From NCBI GenBank assembly GCA_043806595.1, contig JAZDGU010000029.1, forward strand, positions 23,576 to 87,575: 64,000 bases of DNA. The letters run 5' to 3'. This stretch comes from Candidatus Micrarchaeota archaeon (GTDB lineage: Archaea > Micrarchaeota > Micrarchaeia > Norongarragalinales > SBBD01). Below, piece after piece: positions 30,814-41,265 of this stretch (within the stretch, counting starts at the first letter, position 1; each line of letters starts with the position of its first letter). The position numbers were made by a program, and so were the translations under genes. A model generated the notes under the pieces. That model searched no databases. It was given only the letters and a program-made list of their open reading frames with translations, and had not been told where the DNA came from.

Positions 30814-31916
30814 AGCGATTTCACGAAGTCGTCGAAGAGGAAATTGGCGTCCTTGGGGCCGCACGAGCCCTCGGGATGGAACTGGCAGCTGAACACCGGA
30901 AGCTCCGAGTGGCGCAGGCCCTCGTTCGTGCCGTCGTTGCAGTTCTCGAACAGCGGTTTGACGCCGTGCGGGAGGTCCTTGACGGCATAGCCGTGGTTCT
31001 GCGACGTGATGAAGATTTTCCCGGTTTCCAGGTTTCGGACGGCGTGGTTGGCGCCGCGGTGTCCGAACTTGAGCTTGTACGTCGAGGCGCCGAGGGCGTG
31101 CGCGAGAAGCTGGTGCCCCAAGCAAATGCCGAAGAACGGCAGCCTGCCCAACAGCGTTTTGATGGCGGCGATGCTTTCCTTCAATAGCGCGGGGTCGCCG
31201 GGACCGTTGGAGACGAGCATGCCGTCGGGCTCCTCTCTCCGGATGTCGTCTGGGGAGGAGTTGAACGGGAGGACGGTGACCGCGACATTCCGGCGAAGAA
31301 GCTCGTTGATGATGCTGCGCTTGACCCCGCAATCCAGAAGCACCGCCCGTTTCTCCGCCGCCTCGGGTAGATACTCAGTCTTCTTCCTGGAGGAGACCTG
31401 CTCCACGAAATTGATGCCGCCGTAGTCGTAGGAGCGGACGTTTTTCATCAGCGCGAGGACCTGCTCGCCCCGAGGGGCGGAAGCGTCGAGGGGGGCGATG
31501 GCGGCGGGCATGACGCCGCTCTCTCGGACCCGGCGGACGATGGAGCGGGTGTCCACGCCGCAAATTCCGGGGACTTCGCTGGAGGAGAGGAAGTCGGGAA
31601 ACGATGCGCCGCCGGAAGCGTGCCACTCGAAGCCGGAGACCTCGCGCGCGACTACCGCGCGCACCTGCGGCCGGTCTGATTCGAACCAGTCGCTGGAAGT
31701 CCCGTAGTTGCCCTGCAGGGGATAGGCGAAGGTGAGGATCTGGCCGGCGTAGGAGGGGTCCGTGACCGCCTCGGGATATCCAGTCATGGAAGTATTGAAC
31801 ACGAGCTCGCCGACTGCGGCGGAATCCGCGCCGAAGCGCCTTCCGATGTAATGGGAGCCGTCGGAAAGCACTAGCAGCGACTGCGGCGCACTAGCGTCTC
31901 GGCCTTCGGTGTCCAT
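30810..31916 (-). CDS. carA: Carbamoyl-phosphate synthase small subunit
   Basis: FNTSMTGY, TDPSY, SNGPGDP, GICLGHQ and QFHPE. Confidence 0.97.
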
Positions 31917-31977
31917 CAAGAATCAGGATGAATAGAAGATTGGGCAAGTTTAAAAAATGATTGGACGGCGCGACGCT

Positions 31978-34900
31978 TCAGAGCCGCTCGCGCAGCCTCC
32001 TGAGGGCCTCGGCGGCGGAAAACCGGGGAGCCGCCTTCACACCATCCTTCGCATTGCCCGCTTGTACGACGCCCCCGGGCGGGTTTTCGGCCCGCCGGGC
32101 GGAAATGTACACCGCGGCGCCGACAATCAATGCCAGGAGGACGAACGCCAGCCACGAATATTGCATGTAGTCGAACCCCGCACGTGCCTGCTTCTCCTTC
32201 AACAGCCGCTCGTATTCGCGCCGTATCGCGTCCTCGTCGTCGGGGTCGATTCCCATGGACTGCAGGTTCCGGATGACCTTGAGCCGGTCCTCCGCGGAAA
32301 CGTCCCCGAGGTTCAGCCTCGTCCAAACGGCTTCAATCTCGGGAGGGATATATCCGCCGTTCCAGTCCGCCCAGTCGAAGGTGGGCTCGGGGGTGGGGGT
32401 GCCGTCGGGGCCACTGGTGCCGTTGCCGCCGCCCTCGCCGTTTCCGTTACCGTTCCCGTCGGGGCCCCCGCCGGGCGGCGTTGCAGTCGGGGTTGGAGCA
32501 GCGGGGGGAGGGGTGGGCGTGGGCAGGTCGGGCGGTTCGATGATTGAGCCGGTGCCGAGGACGAATGTGAACGCGCCCGTGCGGTTCACCGTCTCGTTCC
32601 AAGCCTCGGCGTAGGGCCCGAGGTAGTATGTGAACGTGTGCGGCGTGGACAAAACCATGAGCCCCGAATTGTCCATTTTCTCGCGGAGGGTCAGGGGGGC
32701 AGTGCCGTTCGCGAGGAGGATGACGTTCTCGACAGGCCTGCCTGAGACGTTGTAGACCGCGGCGTAGCCGGTAGCCGGCGATCCGTTGGAATACCTGAAC
32801 CTCGCCTCGACGTCCCAGTCGAACCCAATCCATGCCGCGGGGTCCAGCGAATAGCGGACCGACGCGGAGCGGATGTTGACGAAAGCCATGCTGGACTGGA
32901 ACGCGAGCCGCGCGTCCAGCGCGTTTGAGGTGAAGGAGGGGCTGCGGGCGGTGATGCAGGGGCCCGAAGGGCAATCAATGGCGGAGGAGTGGTTGAAGAA
33001 AGTGGTGTTCGGGAAGACGTTCGAGCCGGTGCCCCCCCATTCCGACACTCCGTAGGCGTTGCTCCTGAACGCGTTGCTCTGGAAGACGTTCCGGTTGGAC
33101 GAGCTGAGCGATGTCCCCCTCTGGGCGCCGGAGACGGAATTCAGCGAGAACAGGCTGTCCGCCGACCACACGGAAGAGATGCCGGTGCCGCCCTTCATGG
33201 CGAAGGCGTTGTTCGAGAACGTGTTGAAGCGGGAGTGGTCCGTGGAAAGCCCCACCGTCGGATCCGCGTAGTTGGCGTTGGTCGCAGTGAACCTGCAGTT
33301 GCTTATGCGCACGCCCTTCCTGCCGGAGACGTTCGCGCCGATCCGCGGAAACGACACGGAATAGCCGGCGCAGTCAAGGGACGCGTTGTCCGCGGCGAAC
33401 TCGAAGCAAGGGGCGTTGCCGGGGGCCGTCACGCTCCGTGCGAGGGCGTAATTGCCGGCGGAAGAGAAAGTTGTGCATGACGAAACCTGCGAGGCGTTGG
33501 GCGGCGGGGGCGGCGCCACCGGAGTCCCGGTGCCCCAGGAGAAATTGAATATGCCGGAGCGGTTGACGGTGGTGTTCCACTGCTCGGTCCTGCCGCCGAG
33601 GGTGAAGTCGAAGCGGTGCGGAGTCTGGTTGGTCACATACGCCCAGCTCACACTGCAGCTCGTCCACCGGTAGGTCTTCTGCCTGAGGCGGAACGCCGCG
33701 GTGCCGTTGGCTCCGGTCTGGGCGCCTCCGGCTGCAGCGCCCTGCAGGTCGTGGACCAGCGCGGCGGCGTCAACCGGCATGCCTGTAGTGGAGTTCGAAA
33801 GGTTTGCGACCGCGTGCCAGTCGACGTAGATGTACACCGGCGGGTTGCCGCCGTACGGGGCGCATAGGCACGGAATTGATACCTTGGGCTCGCCGGTCAA
33901 GGCGTTGAATATCGTAATGTTGGAGGTGAGGGTAGAACTGACGTCTATCCTGTTGTTGAGGAAAGAACAGTTGTTGATATCAATGGTGGTCAAAGCTAGC
34001 ACTATGGCCTTCCCGGCGTTCGCGAACGAAGAGCGGGAAATCCGGCCGGTACTGCCCCAGTCATAGCCCGAAAGCGCATAGGAGTCGTAGTCCGTGAAAT
34101 CCGAAAAGGTGTTCAGGTCGATGGTGACCGACGACACTCTAGAGACATGCAAGCCGTTCTGCCCGCCCGTGAAATGATTCCCCGTAAGATTGACGCCAGA
34201 GGACCGGTAGATAAGGCCGCTATTTCTTCCTCCGGAAACGCGGTTGCCCACGAACGCGAGCGCGTTGATGTTGCTGAAATTCAGGCCCGTTGTCTGCGAT
34301 TTCAGCGAGAGGTTGTTCGCGGTCGCAGTCAAGCCCGTGACGTTGACGAAGTCGAGCGCGTAGGAGTATGTTATGTTGGCTGAGGCAGAGAGGTTGCAGT
34401 TCGATACCGAGACGTTGCGCCGGTTGTTGGCCCTCACACCGACGTTGTAGTATTCGGCTTTGAATCCCGCGCAGTCGAGATGGACGTTGTCCGCGGTGAT
34501 GGTGAAGCACGTCCCGTAATCGGAGGACACGTCGCGCACGAGGACGTAGGAGCCCGGCGCGCCCAACGTCCCGCAAGCATACACTGGGATGCAGGGCGGG
34601 TTCTGCTGAGTGCAGTCCGGGGATTCGAGGACGTTGACTGCTGCCACGCCCGAAACCGCACCGAGGCGCGCCGTGACCGTGCCATTCGAGGGGGTAGCGC
34701 CCGCGGTGAAGAGGCCGGATTGGGTGACTGAGCCGGTGGTGGAGGACCACTCAAGCGGGGGGCAGGCGACGTTCGACCCGCATTCGTTCGTGCAGGTGGC
34801 GGTGAACTGCTGGCTCGCGTTGACGAGGACGTTCGCGGGATCGGGGCTAACGGAAATCCGCGTGATCGCCGGCTGGGATCCGCCGACGCCGGTGAAACCG

Positions 34901-36051
34901 TAGTAATTCGTCATGACCAGCGCCCCTCCGGCGATCGCGGCACCCGCTCCATCAGAGGGATTGGAGAGCTGCGCCGACTGGCCGATGACGCTCCCGTTTG
35001 AAGCCGAAAGGCGCGTCACCCTGAAAGCCGGGCTGTTGTAGTCGCCGGGGAAACACTCCGTCACAACCTCGTCCTGGCCTTGGAGATAGAACGAGAAATA
35101 GGCGCACTTGATGTTGCTGTTCACCCAAACCAGCTGGCCGCTGGAGGAATCGAGCGCGCGCGGCCTGAAGTCGCCCCTGGGGCCGGAGACGGTGTACAGC
35201 CGGCCGCCGTTCTCGGACATGTAATAGCCGCTGCCGTTGACCGGCCCCCAAATCCTCCCGCTGCCGTCCGCGGCATAGGCGGCAATCTGCTCGATGTAGG
35301 GCGGGTGCGTCACGTCTCCCCTAATGCCCCCGAGGAAAATCTTGTCCCCCGAGGAAAGGATCTGCACGGGCGAGAACCGCGTGTCGTGCAAGGGCACCTG
35401 CCAGGCAGTGACCCCGGAATCCTTGTACAAAGCGACGAGGTAGCCGCTCCTCGTGAAGACGAGCACGTTGCCGGAGACCACTGGAGGGGCGTTGCCGATC
35501 GTGGAGGACGTCGCGGTCCAGATGAACTCCTTGGAGACCGTGTCGAAAGCCCGGATCTCGATGGAGTTGTACCGCGGGAAGAACACGTAAACCCGGTTCC
35601 CCTCGGCGGCGAGCATGGGGGTCGCGCCGGAACCCTCCCCGAGGTAATACTCCTCGCCGAACCACAGCCGGTCGGTCAGCTCCTGCAGGTAATAGCTGTA
35701 GTAATAGTTCTTATGGGTAACCGAATAAACGTTCCCGCCGGCGGTCACCAAACCGGTGGGCGTCCGGTCAAGGCGGCATGCGCGCGAATCCTTGACGCTC
35801 CCGCACGCAACGTCCACCTTCTGCCAGCGGCAGTTCGACCCATCAAGCGTGAAAAACTCCTTTCCGGAAGGCGCCTCGACGGGACTCGATGCGCTCCAGG
35901 TCTTTTGCCACATCACGTAGGACATGTTCAAGGGCGCCGCGGTCGCAACCGACGGATTGCGCTGGCTGCCGGAGAAGGCCTGGTCCCATATCGCGTTGGA
36001 GCACGCCACCGACGCCAAAAGGAAGAGGATTGCTGCGAGCCGCCGGGCCAT
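31978..36051 (-). CDS. Secreted/anchored surface glycoprotein: PQQ-like beta-propeller, Ig-like domain, two right-handed beta-helix modules, Pro/Gly linker, C-terminal TM
   Basis: Signal peptide MARRLAAILFLLASVACSNA; ALD..G...W repeats; CFTITADNVHLDCAG and CFEFAADNASLDCAG; many NxS/T sequons; TM WLAFVLLALIVGAAVYI. Confidence 0.85.
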   Translation of the reverse strand: MARRLAAILFLLASVACSNAIWDQAFSGSQRNPSVATAAPLNMSYVMWQKTWSASSPVEAPSGKEFFTLDGSNCRWQKVDVACGSVKDSRACRLDRTPTGLVTAGGNVYSVTHKNYYYSYYLQELTDRLWFGEEYYLGEGSGATPMLAAEGNRVYVFFPRYNSIEIRAFDTVSKEFIWTATSSTIGNAPPVVSGNVLVFTRSGYLVALYKDSGVTAWQVPLHDTRFSPVQILSSGDKIFLGGIRGDVTHPPYIEQIAAYAADGSGRIWGPVNGSGYYMSENGGRLYTVSGPRGDFRPRALDSSSGQLVWVNSNIKCAYFSFYLQGQDEVVTECFPGDYNSPAFRVTRLSASNGSVIGQSAQLSNPSDGAGAAIAGGALVMTNYYGFTGVGGSQPAITRISVSPDPANVLVNASQQFTATCTNECGSNVACPPLEWSSTTGSVTQSGLFTAGATPSNGTVTARLGAVSGVAAVNVLESPDCTQQNPPCIPVYACGTLGAPGSYVLVRDVSSDYGTCFTITADNVHLDCAGFKAEYYNVGVRANNRRNVSVSNCNLSASANITYSYALDFVNVTGLTATANNLSLKSQTTGLNFSNINALAFVGNRVSGGRNSGLIYRSSGVNLTGNHFTGGQNGLHVSRVSSVTIDLNTFSDFTDYDSYALSGYDWGSTGRISRSSFANAGKAIVLALTTIDINNCSFLNNRIDVSSTLTSNITIFNALTGEPKVSIPCLCAPYGGNPPVYIYVDWHAVANLSNSTTGMPVDAAALVHDLQGAAAGGAQTGANGTAAFRLRQKTYRWTSCSVSWAYVTNQTPHRFDFTLGGRTEQWNTTVNRSGIFNFSWGTGTPVAPPPPPNASQVSSCTTFSSAGNYALARSVTAPGNAPCFEFAADNASLDCAGYSVSFPRIGANVSGRKGVRISNCRFTATNANYADPTVGLSTDHSRFNTFSNNAFAMKGGTGISSVWSADSLFSLNSVSGAQRGTSLSSSNRNVFQSNAFRSNAYGVSEWGGTGSNVFPNTTFFNHSSAIDCPSGPCITARSPSFTSNALDARLAFQSSMAFVNIRSASVRYSLDPAAWIGFDWDVEARFRYSNGSPATGYAAVYNVSGRPVENVILLANGTAPLTLREKMDNSGLMVLSTPHTFTYYLGPYAEAWNETVNRTGAFTFVLGTGSIIEPPDLPTPTPPPAAPTPTATPPGGGPDGNGNGNGEGGGNGTSGPDGTPTPEPTFDWADWNGGYIPPEIEAVWTRLNLGDVSAEDRLKVIRNLQSMGIDPDDEDAIRREYERLLKEKQARAGFDYMQYSWLAFVLLALIVGAAVYISARRAENPPGGVVQAGNAKDGVKAAPRFSAAEALRRLRERL

Positions 36052-36187
36052 AAGTGAACTACTGCGGCGTATTAAAAAACGATGCCTGCGGCGAGGGGTC
36101 CGGACACCGTCCGGCAGATGCCCCGCGCGCCCGAAACCCCGTCTCCCGCCGCGAACGGTTTTTAAGGGATTCCCCGCTAATGCACGC

Positions 36188-36871
36188 ATGTTCCTCTTCG
36201 ACAACGTGCTCAAGCTGCTGGCGAAGGTCTTCCGGGTGGTGAACCGGCGGAGGTCGGTGGCCATCACGTTCCTCGTCGGGTCGCCGCTCACAGTCTACTG
36301 GTTCCGGACGATATGGCTGGAGCAGCCGTTCACGATGCAGGTGGTGGCGGTGTACAGCCTCGTCTTCCTGCCCTTCCTGCTCTACAAGGCGCTGCTGTAC
36401 TTCTTCCTTTCCCTCTTCGATACCGTCGTGATATTCTTCGCGGACTACACGAAAAGCTACGACGTCGACTTCGAGAAGGTTCGCGCGCGCGTCGCCAAGA
36501 TACTCGTCGAGAAGAACGTAAAGTACCAGTCGCTCGACAGCATGGCTCTCGGCGCGGAAAGGGGCCTCCTTGAACGACTGCGCGGCTGGCTCCACATAAA
36601 ATACCCGCTCATCTTCGTCTGCGCCGACGACCCGTTCGTTGTAATAAAGATATTCAAGTCCCTCGGCTCGCCGCGCATCCAGGACCTCAAGCACCAGATT
36701 ACGCACAAGGAGGCCATCAGCGTCAAGATATTCTTCGAGGAGGAACCGAGGGCGCGCGTGCTCGCCAAGCTGATAATGAACTCGCTGGAGGTGCTCAACA
36801 CCGACCAGAGGGAGGCCGAGCCCCCCGGAATTGCAGTGCAGGCGATCCAACTCTCCGACGAGGGCAGGTGA
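36188..36871 (+). CDS. Membrane protein, paralog of the next gene
   Basis: N-terminal TMs; EKVRARVAKILVEKNVKYQSLDSMALGAER. Confidence 0.8.
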   Translation: MFLFDNVLKLLAKVFRVVNRRRSVAITFLVGSPLTVYWFRTIWLEQPFTMQVVAVYSLVFLPFLLYKALLYFFLSLFDTVVIFFADYTKSYDVDFEKVRARVAKILVEKNVKYQSLDSMALGAERGLLERLRGWLHIKYPLIFVCADDPFVVIKIFKSLGSPRIQDLKHQITHKEAISVKIFFEEEPRARVLAKLIMNSLEVLNTDQREAEPPGIAVQAIQLSDEGR

Positions 36872-36873
36872 GC

Positions 36874-37452
36874 ATGGGCACCCTCCGTTTAGCGGTCAAG
36901 GCATGTTCGGCGCTGAATTCGCGGCCTGTGACGATAATCCTCATTGTCGCGGGATTCGTGATCAGCATACTCGCCTTCCCGAAACTCTATTCGGACGGGC
37001 TCTCCCGCAAGGAGGCCTTCGCGGAAGTCCTTTTCATTTTCGTGCCCCTTCTCTTCGGGAAGCTCACCAGCCTCACGCTCCTCTCGTTCGTCGACTTCAC
37101 GCTCGGCAAGAGCCAGGAATCGTACCGGTACCGGCTCAACATCGAGAAAGCCCGAGCGCGCGTGATAAGGATCATGGTCGAAAAGAAGGTGAGGAGCTAT
37201 TCGCTCGATTCCATGGCGTTGGGAAGCGAGAGGCTGTTCCTCACCGCCGCGGCGTACATCCTGCACGCGGCCGGGGTGAAAGGCGAGCCGCCCCTCGTCA
37301 TCGTCGGAGAAAACCCATTCGTGCTTGTGCGGATGCGCCGCCAGCCCGTGGCCGCGGACGAGGAAGAGGGGATCAGCGCGCAGCTCCACTACGACGACCA
37401 GAAGGGCCAGGTGCTCTCCAAGCTGATTTCAAGCACGCTCGGCGCGCCGTAG
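36874..37452 (+). CDS. Membrane protein, paralog of the previous gene
   Basis: N-terminal TMs; EKARARVIRIMVEKKVRSYSLDSMALGSER. Confidence 0.8.
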   Translation: MGTLRLAVKACSALNSRPVTIILIVAGFVISILAFPKLYSDGLSRKEAFAEVLFIFVPLLFGKLTSLTLLSFVDFTLGKSQESYRYRLNIEKARARVIRIMVEKKVRSYSLDSMALGSERLFLTAAAYILHAAGVKGEPPLVIVGENPFVLVRMRRQPVAADEEEGISAQLHYDDQKGQVLSKLISSTLGAP

Positions 37453-37520
37453 CCGGTAAACCCGCGGTTGATTCGGCTTCTACCCACGTAATATTAGCCT
37501 CTCCGCCGACTGGGAATCGC

Positions 37521-38666
37521 ATGGAAGAGCTGGGGTGGGCGACATTCGGAAACCCCTCGGCAGGCTATTCCGTCGGGAAGGCCTTCGACTTCAGCGCCGC
37601 GGAGCTGCGCGCATTCTCCTCGGCCATGTCCGAGCTGAGGGAAGGCGCCCCAGGGGAGCCGACCGCTTTTGCCGCGGTGGTGTCCGCGTGCGAGAAATTG
37701 GAACTCCCCCTTTCAAGAGCCCGCGCGGAGCTGGTCGCGCAAGCCGCGGAGCTCAACCTGAATGGCTCCGGAATCCTCGGCCTGCTGATGGACGACGAGG
37801 ACATCGAGGAAATCGCCGTCATCGGGATAGGAAAGCCCGTCCGCGTCTACCTGCGCGGCCGCGGATGGCGGGAGACCGACTGCATGCTCGCCAGCGAGGA
37901 ATTCGCGGTCAACGCCGTCAACTCGATTGCCCGGCCGCTCGGCCGCAGGCTCACATATTCCAGCCCGCGGCTTAACGCCGGCATGCGAAATATGAGGCTG
38001 CACGCGAGCATGCCCCCGCTTTCGCGCGAAATAGAGATAACCATCCGCAAGTTCACAGCGAAGCCGATGCCCATGGCGGAGCTGGTCGGGCGCGGCATGC
38101 TTACAGCGGAACAGGCCGAATTGCTGGGCAGAGCGGTGGCCCGCGACACGTCGGTCCTCGTAGCCGGGAACACGGGCAGCGGGAAGACCACGCTCCTCAA
38201 CGCGCTATTCGAGGCCGTGCCGCGCCACGAGAGGATAATCCTCATCGAGGAGACGCCGGAACTCCGGCTGCCGCACGAGCACTTGGTCGGCATGGTAAGC
38301 CAGAAGGAGCTCGGGATTTCCATGGCGTCGCTTGTCGAGGACAGCCTCCGCATGCGGCCGGACCGCGTCGTCATCGGGGAGGTGCGCGCGCCCGAGGAGG
38401 TCAGGGCGCTCTTCGACTCCCTGCTGGCGGGGCAGGCCAAGTCCGCGTATTCGACGTTCCATGCGAATTCCGCGGCGGAGTCCTTGGAGAGGCTGGTCTC
38501 CCTCGGCGCCCGCAGGGAAGAGCTCGACTCGCTCGGGCTCATCGTGGTGTGCAAGCGGGCGACAATCCCGGGACCGCAGGGAGTGCCGGCGGCCGAGTCG
38601 CGGCGCGTTACGGAGATTGCGGAGGTCAGGAAGGGCAGGGCAAGGAGGCTATCCGCCCGCAGGTGA
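37521..38666 (+). CDS. Type II/IV secretion / type IV pilus ATPase (CpaF/TadA/VirB11 family)
   Basis: ITIRKF, GNTGSGKTT, IEETPEL, LRMRPDRVVIGEVR and STFHANS. Confidence 0.92.
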   Translation: MEELGWATFGNPSAGYSVGKAFDFSAAELRAFSSAMSELREGAPGEPTAFAAVVSACEKLELPLSRARAELVAQAAELNLNGSGILGLLMDDEDIEEIAVIGIGKPVRVYLRGRGWRETDCMLASEEFAVNAVNSIARPLGRRLTYSSPRLNAGMRNMRLHASMPPLSREIEITIRKFTAKPMPMAELVGRGMLTAEQAELLGRAVARDTSVLVAGNTGSGKTTLLNALFEAVPRHERIILIEETPELRLPHEHLVGMVSQKELGISMASLVEDSLRMRPDRVVIGEVRAPEEVRALFDSLLAGQAKSAYSTFHANSAAESLERLVSLGARREELDSLGLIVVCKRATIPGPQGVPAAESRRVTEIAEVRKGRARRLSARR

Positions 38667-39668
38667 CTCCCAGCAGACCTTCTCCTCGTCAATCCTCACG
38701 CGCTGGCTCGGCGCCCTCCCCAGGCCGCATCTGCTGGAGAGCTGGAAAAGGCCGGTCAGCGCAATCATGCCGCCGTTGTCCCCGCAGTAGTCAAACGGCG
38801 GGACGCCGAACTCCGACTTGTGCTCGGCAGCTACCAGGGAAAGCATTTCCGCAAGCCGCTTGTTGCGCGCGTTCCCCCCGACAAGGAGCACCTGCCGTTT
38901 CTTGGAGACTACGAGTGCCTTCTCCGCGGTTTCGCATAGCATGGAAAACGCCGTCTCCTGCACGGAATAGCACAAATCCGCGGCCGCAGCGCCGCGAAGC
39001 CTGCGCGCCGCGGTCAGCATGCCCGCAAAGGAAAGGTTCATGCCCTTGACGGAATACGGCAGGTCGAGCATGGTTCTGCCTTTGGCGGCTGCCTTGAGCA
39101 CCCCCACCGCATCCGGAGGGGAAAGCCCGAGGTCCCTTCCGACGAGGTCCAGCAAATTCCCGAGGCCGATGTCCAAGGTCTCCCCCAGAACGCGGTACCG
39201 CATCGAGCCGCGCCTGCCTTCCAGCACGAGCAGCTGGGTGTTGCCGCCGGAGACGTACGCGACGAGCGGGTCGTGCAGGCCGCAGAAGAACCTGCCTACC
39301 TCGACGTGCGCGAGGGCATGGTTGACGCCGACGAGCGGGATGCCGAGGGATTCCGAAAACGCCCTTGCCGCGACGTGGCCCACGTGCAGCGAGTGCCCCA
39401 GCCCGGGGCCGTAGGAGTAAGCCACGCCGTCCAAATCCCGGGGGGAGATTTTCGCCCGCTCCAGCGCCTCTACGGCCACGGACCTGAAGTGCAGGGCATG
39501 GTGGTCCGCGAGCTTGCGCGGGATGAATCCCTCGCGGAGCGAGGGGAATTTCGCCGAGGAATTCGAGAGGATTGAGGTCGAGCGCTTGGAGTAGGGCGTG
39601 CGTGGGTCGCCACTTGCCACTGCGACGCCGAAGGTGTGCGCGGTGCACTCGATGCCGAGGATTATCAT
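38649..39668 (-). CDS. kae1: tRNA N6-threonylcarbamoyltransferase Kae1 (stand-alone)
   Basis: LGIECTAHTFG, GPGLG, NHALAHVE, YVSGGNTQ, GETLDIGLGN and DNGGMIA. Confidence 0.95.
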   Translation of the reverse strand: MIILGIECTAHTFGVAVASGDPRTPYSKRSTSILSNSSAKFPSLREGFIPRKLADHHALHFRSVAVEALERAKISPRDLDGVAYSYGPGLGHSLHVGHVAARAFSESLGIPLVGVNHALAHVEVGRFFCGLHDPLVAYVSGGNTQLLVLEGRRGSMRYRVLGETLDIGLGNLLDLVGRDLGLSPPDAVGVLKAAAKGRTMLDLPYSVKGMNLSFAGMLTAARRLRGAAAADLCYSVQETAFSMLCETAEKALVVSKKRQVLLVGGNARNKRLAEMLSLVAAEHKSEFGVPPFDYCGDNGGMIALTGLFQLSSRCGLGRAPSQRVRIDEEKVCWESPAGG

Positions 39669-39751
39669 GCCGGTCCAACGGAACCAAGGCGGCGTGGGAT
39701 TAAAAAATCGTCGGCGCGCTAAATGATTGCCTGATTTCGGGGGGATTCCGC

Positions 39752-41254
39752 TTGGCAGTGCCGCGCGCGCAGATACTGGAGAAAATGTCGGAAAAGGGGC
39801 TGATGCTCGCCCCGGAAGCGCTAGCCGCGCTCGAGAAGGAGGAGCTCGCCCTCGAATACGTCGACGAGATCGCAGCTGCCACGAAGGAGCTCGTCGTCGG
39901 CGAGAAGGCGGTCGTCGACTTCCTCGACAACAAGAGCCTCGAGAGGAAGGTCGTGCAGGTCGAGGTCTCGCAGGCCACCAACTACGACCCGCCGGCGAAG
40001 GGCATGGATTCCAGTCTCGAGCTCTCCATCCGCGACAGCGACGTGACCGGCAAGTCGAAATGCGGGGGGAACGTCGAGGACTTCGTCAAGCACCTGCGGA
40101 ACAGGTTCGATAGGCAGAAGGCGAACCTGCGCGGAATGCGCGGCGAGGCGAGCGGGACACTTTCGCTGCGCGAGGCCAAGGGCGTCACCAACCGCGAGTT
40201 CCGCACCATCGCGATGGTCTACGACCGCAGGGTGACAAAGAACGGACACCTCCTCATCGAGATCGAGGACGAGGAGGGGACCGCCAACGCGCTCGTGCCA
40301 AAGGACTCGCCGCTCATGGCCGAGGCGCTCCAGATAATCCCGGACGAGATCATGGCCTTCGACGTCTACGCCTCGAAGTCGCAGCTGCTCATCGTCAAGA
40401 ACTTCATGCGGCCCGGCAGCGTGCTGCAGGAGAGGAGGAAGAGGCTCGCCGAGGAGGACGTCAGCATGGCGTTCGTCAGCGACATCCACGTAGGCAGCAA
40501 GTATTTCATGCAGGAGAACTTCCAGCGCATGCTGAAATTCCTCAACGGCTACGGGTCGCCCGAGGAGCGCGAGATCGCGGGGAGGATAAAATACGTCTCC
40601 GTCGCGGGCGACCTCGTCGACGGCATCGGCGTGTTCCCGACGCAGGAGAAGCAGCTCGTCACCAAGGACATCTACACGCAGTACGAGATGCTCGGCGAGT
40701 TCCTCAAGAACATCCCCGAGCACATCGAGGCCATCGTCTGCCCCGGCAACCACGACGGCGTCCGCCTCGCCGAGCCCCAGCCGGCGCTGCCAGCGGAGTT
40801 CACGGAAAGCGTCAAGGGCCTTGGGAACATCCACTTCGTCGGCAACCCCTCGCGTCATCTCGTCCACGGCCTCGAGCACCTCATGTACCACGGCACGAGC
40901 ATCGACGGGCTCATCGCCCACTCCGCGGCGCTCAAGCAGGGCTACGAGAGGCCGGAGATAATGGGCGTGTTCATGCTCCAGCGCAGGCACCTCTGCCCCC
41001 TCTACGGGGAGGACGCCATTGTTCCCGAGGAGAGGGACTACATGGTCATCGACGAGACGCCCGACATATTCCACTTCGGGCACGTGCACAAGACGGGCTA
41101 CATCGAGGACTACAACGGCACGTTCATCGTGAACTCCGGCACGTGGCAGGACCGCACCGACTACCAGGTGCGCATGGGGCACATCCCGACGCCGTGCCAG
41201 CTGCCCGTCTACTCTCTCAAGACGGGAAAGGTCCAAGTGCTCAACTTCAAGTGA
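39752..41254 (+). CDS. polB: DNA polymerase D small subunit DP1
   Basis: OB fold then phosphoesterase motifs SDIHVGS, GDLVDGIG, PGNHD, YHG, GHVH and NSGTWQ. Confidence 0.95.
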   Translation: MAVPRAQILEKMSEKGLMLAPEALAALEKEELALEYVDEIAAATKELVVGEKAVVDFLDNKSLERKVVQVEVSQATNYDPPAKGMDSSLELSIRDSDVTGKSKCGGNVEDFVKHLRNRFDRQKANLRGMRGEASGTLSLREAKGVTNREFRTIAMVYDRRVTKNGHLLIEIEDEEGTANALVPKDSPLMAEALQIIPDEIMAFDVYASKSQLLIVKNFMRPGSVLQERRKRLAEEDVSMAFVSDIHVGSKYFMQENFQRMLKFLNGYGSPEEREIAGRIKYVSVAGDLVDGIGVFPTQEKQLVTKDIYTQYEMLGEFLKNIPEHIEAIVCPGNHDGVRLAEPQPALPAEFTESVKGLGNIHFVGNPSRHLVHGLEHLMYHGTSIDGLIAHSAALKQGYERPEIMGVFMLQRRHLCPLYGEDAIVPEERDYMVIDETPDIFHFGHVHKTGYIEDYNGTFIVNSGTWQDRTDYQVRMGHIPTPCQLPVYSLKTGKVQVLNFK

Positions 41255-41265
41255 AAGGTGAAAAA

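Noticed and set aside
36088..36152. Hammerhead-like arrangement GGGGTC-CGGAC/GTCCG-GCAGATGC-...GAAACCCC
   Set aside because: The core differs from CUGAUGA at essential positions and stem II cannot form.
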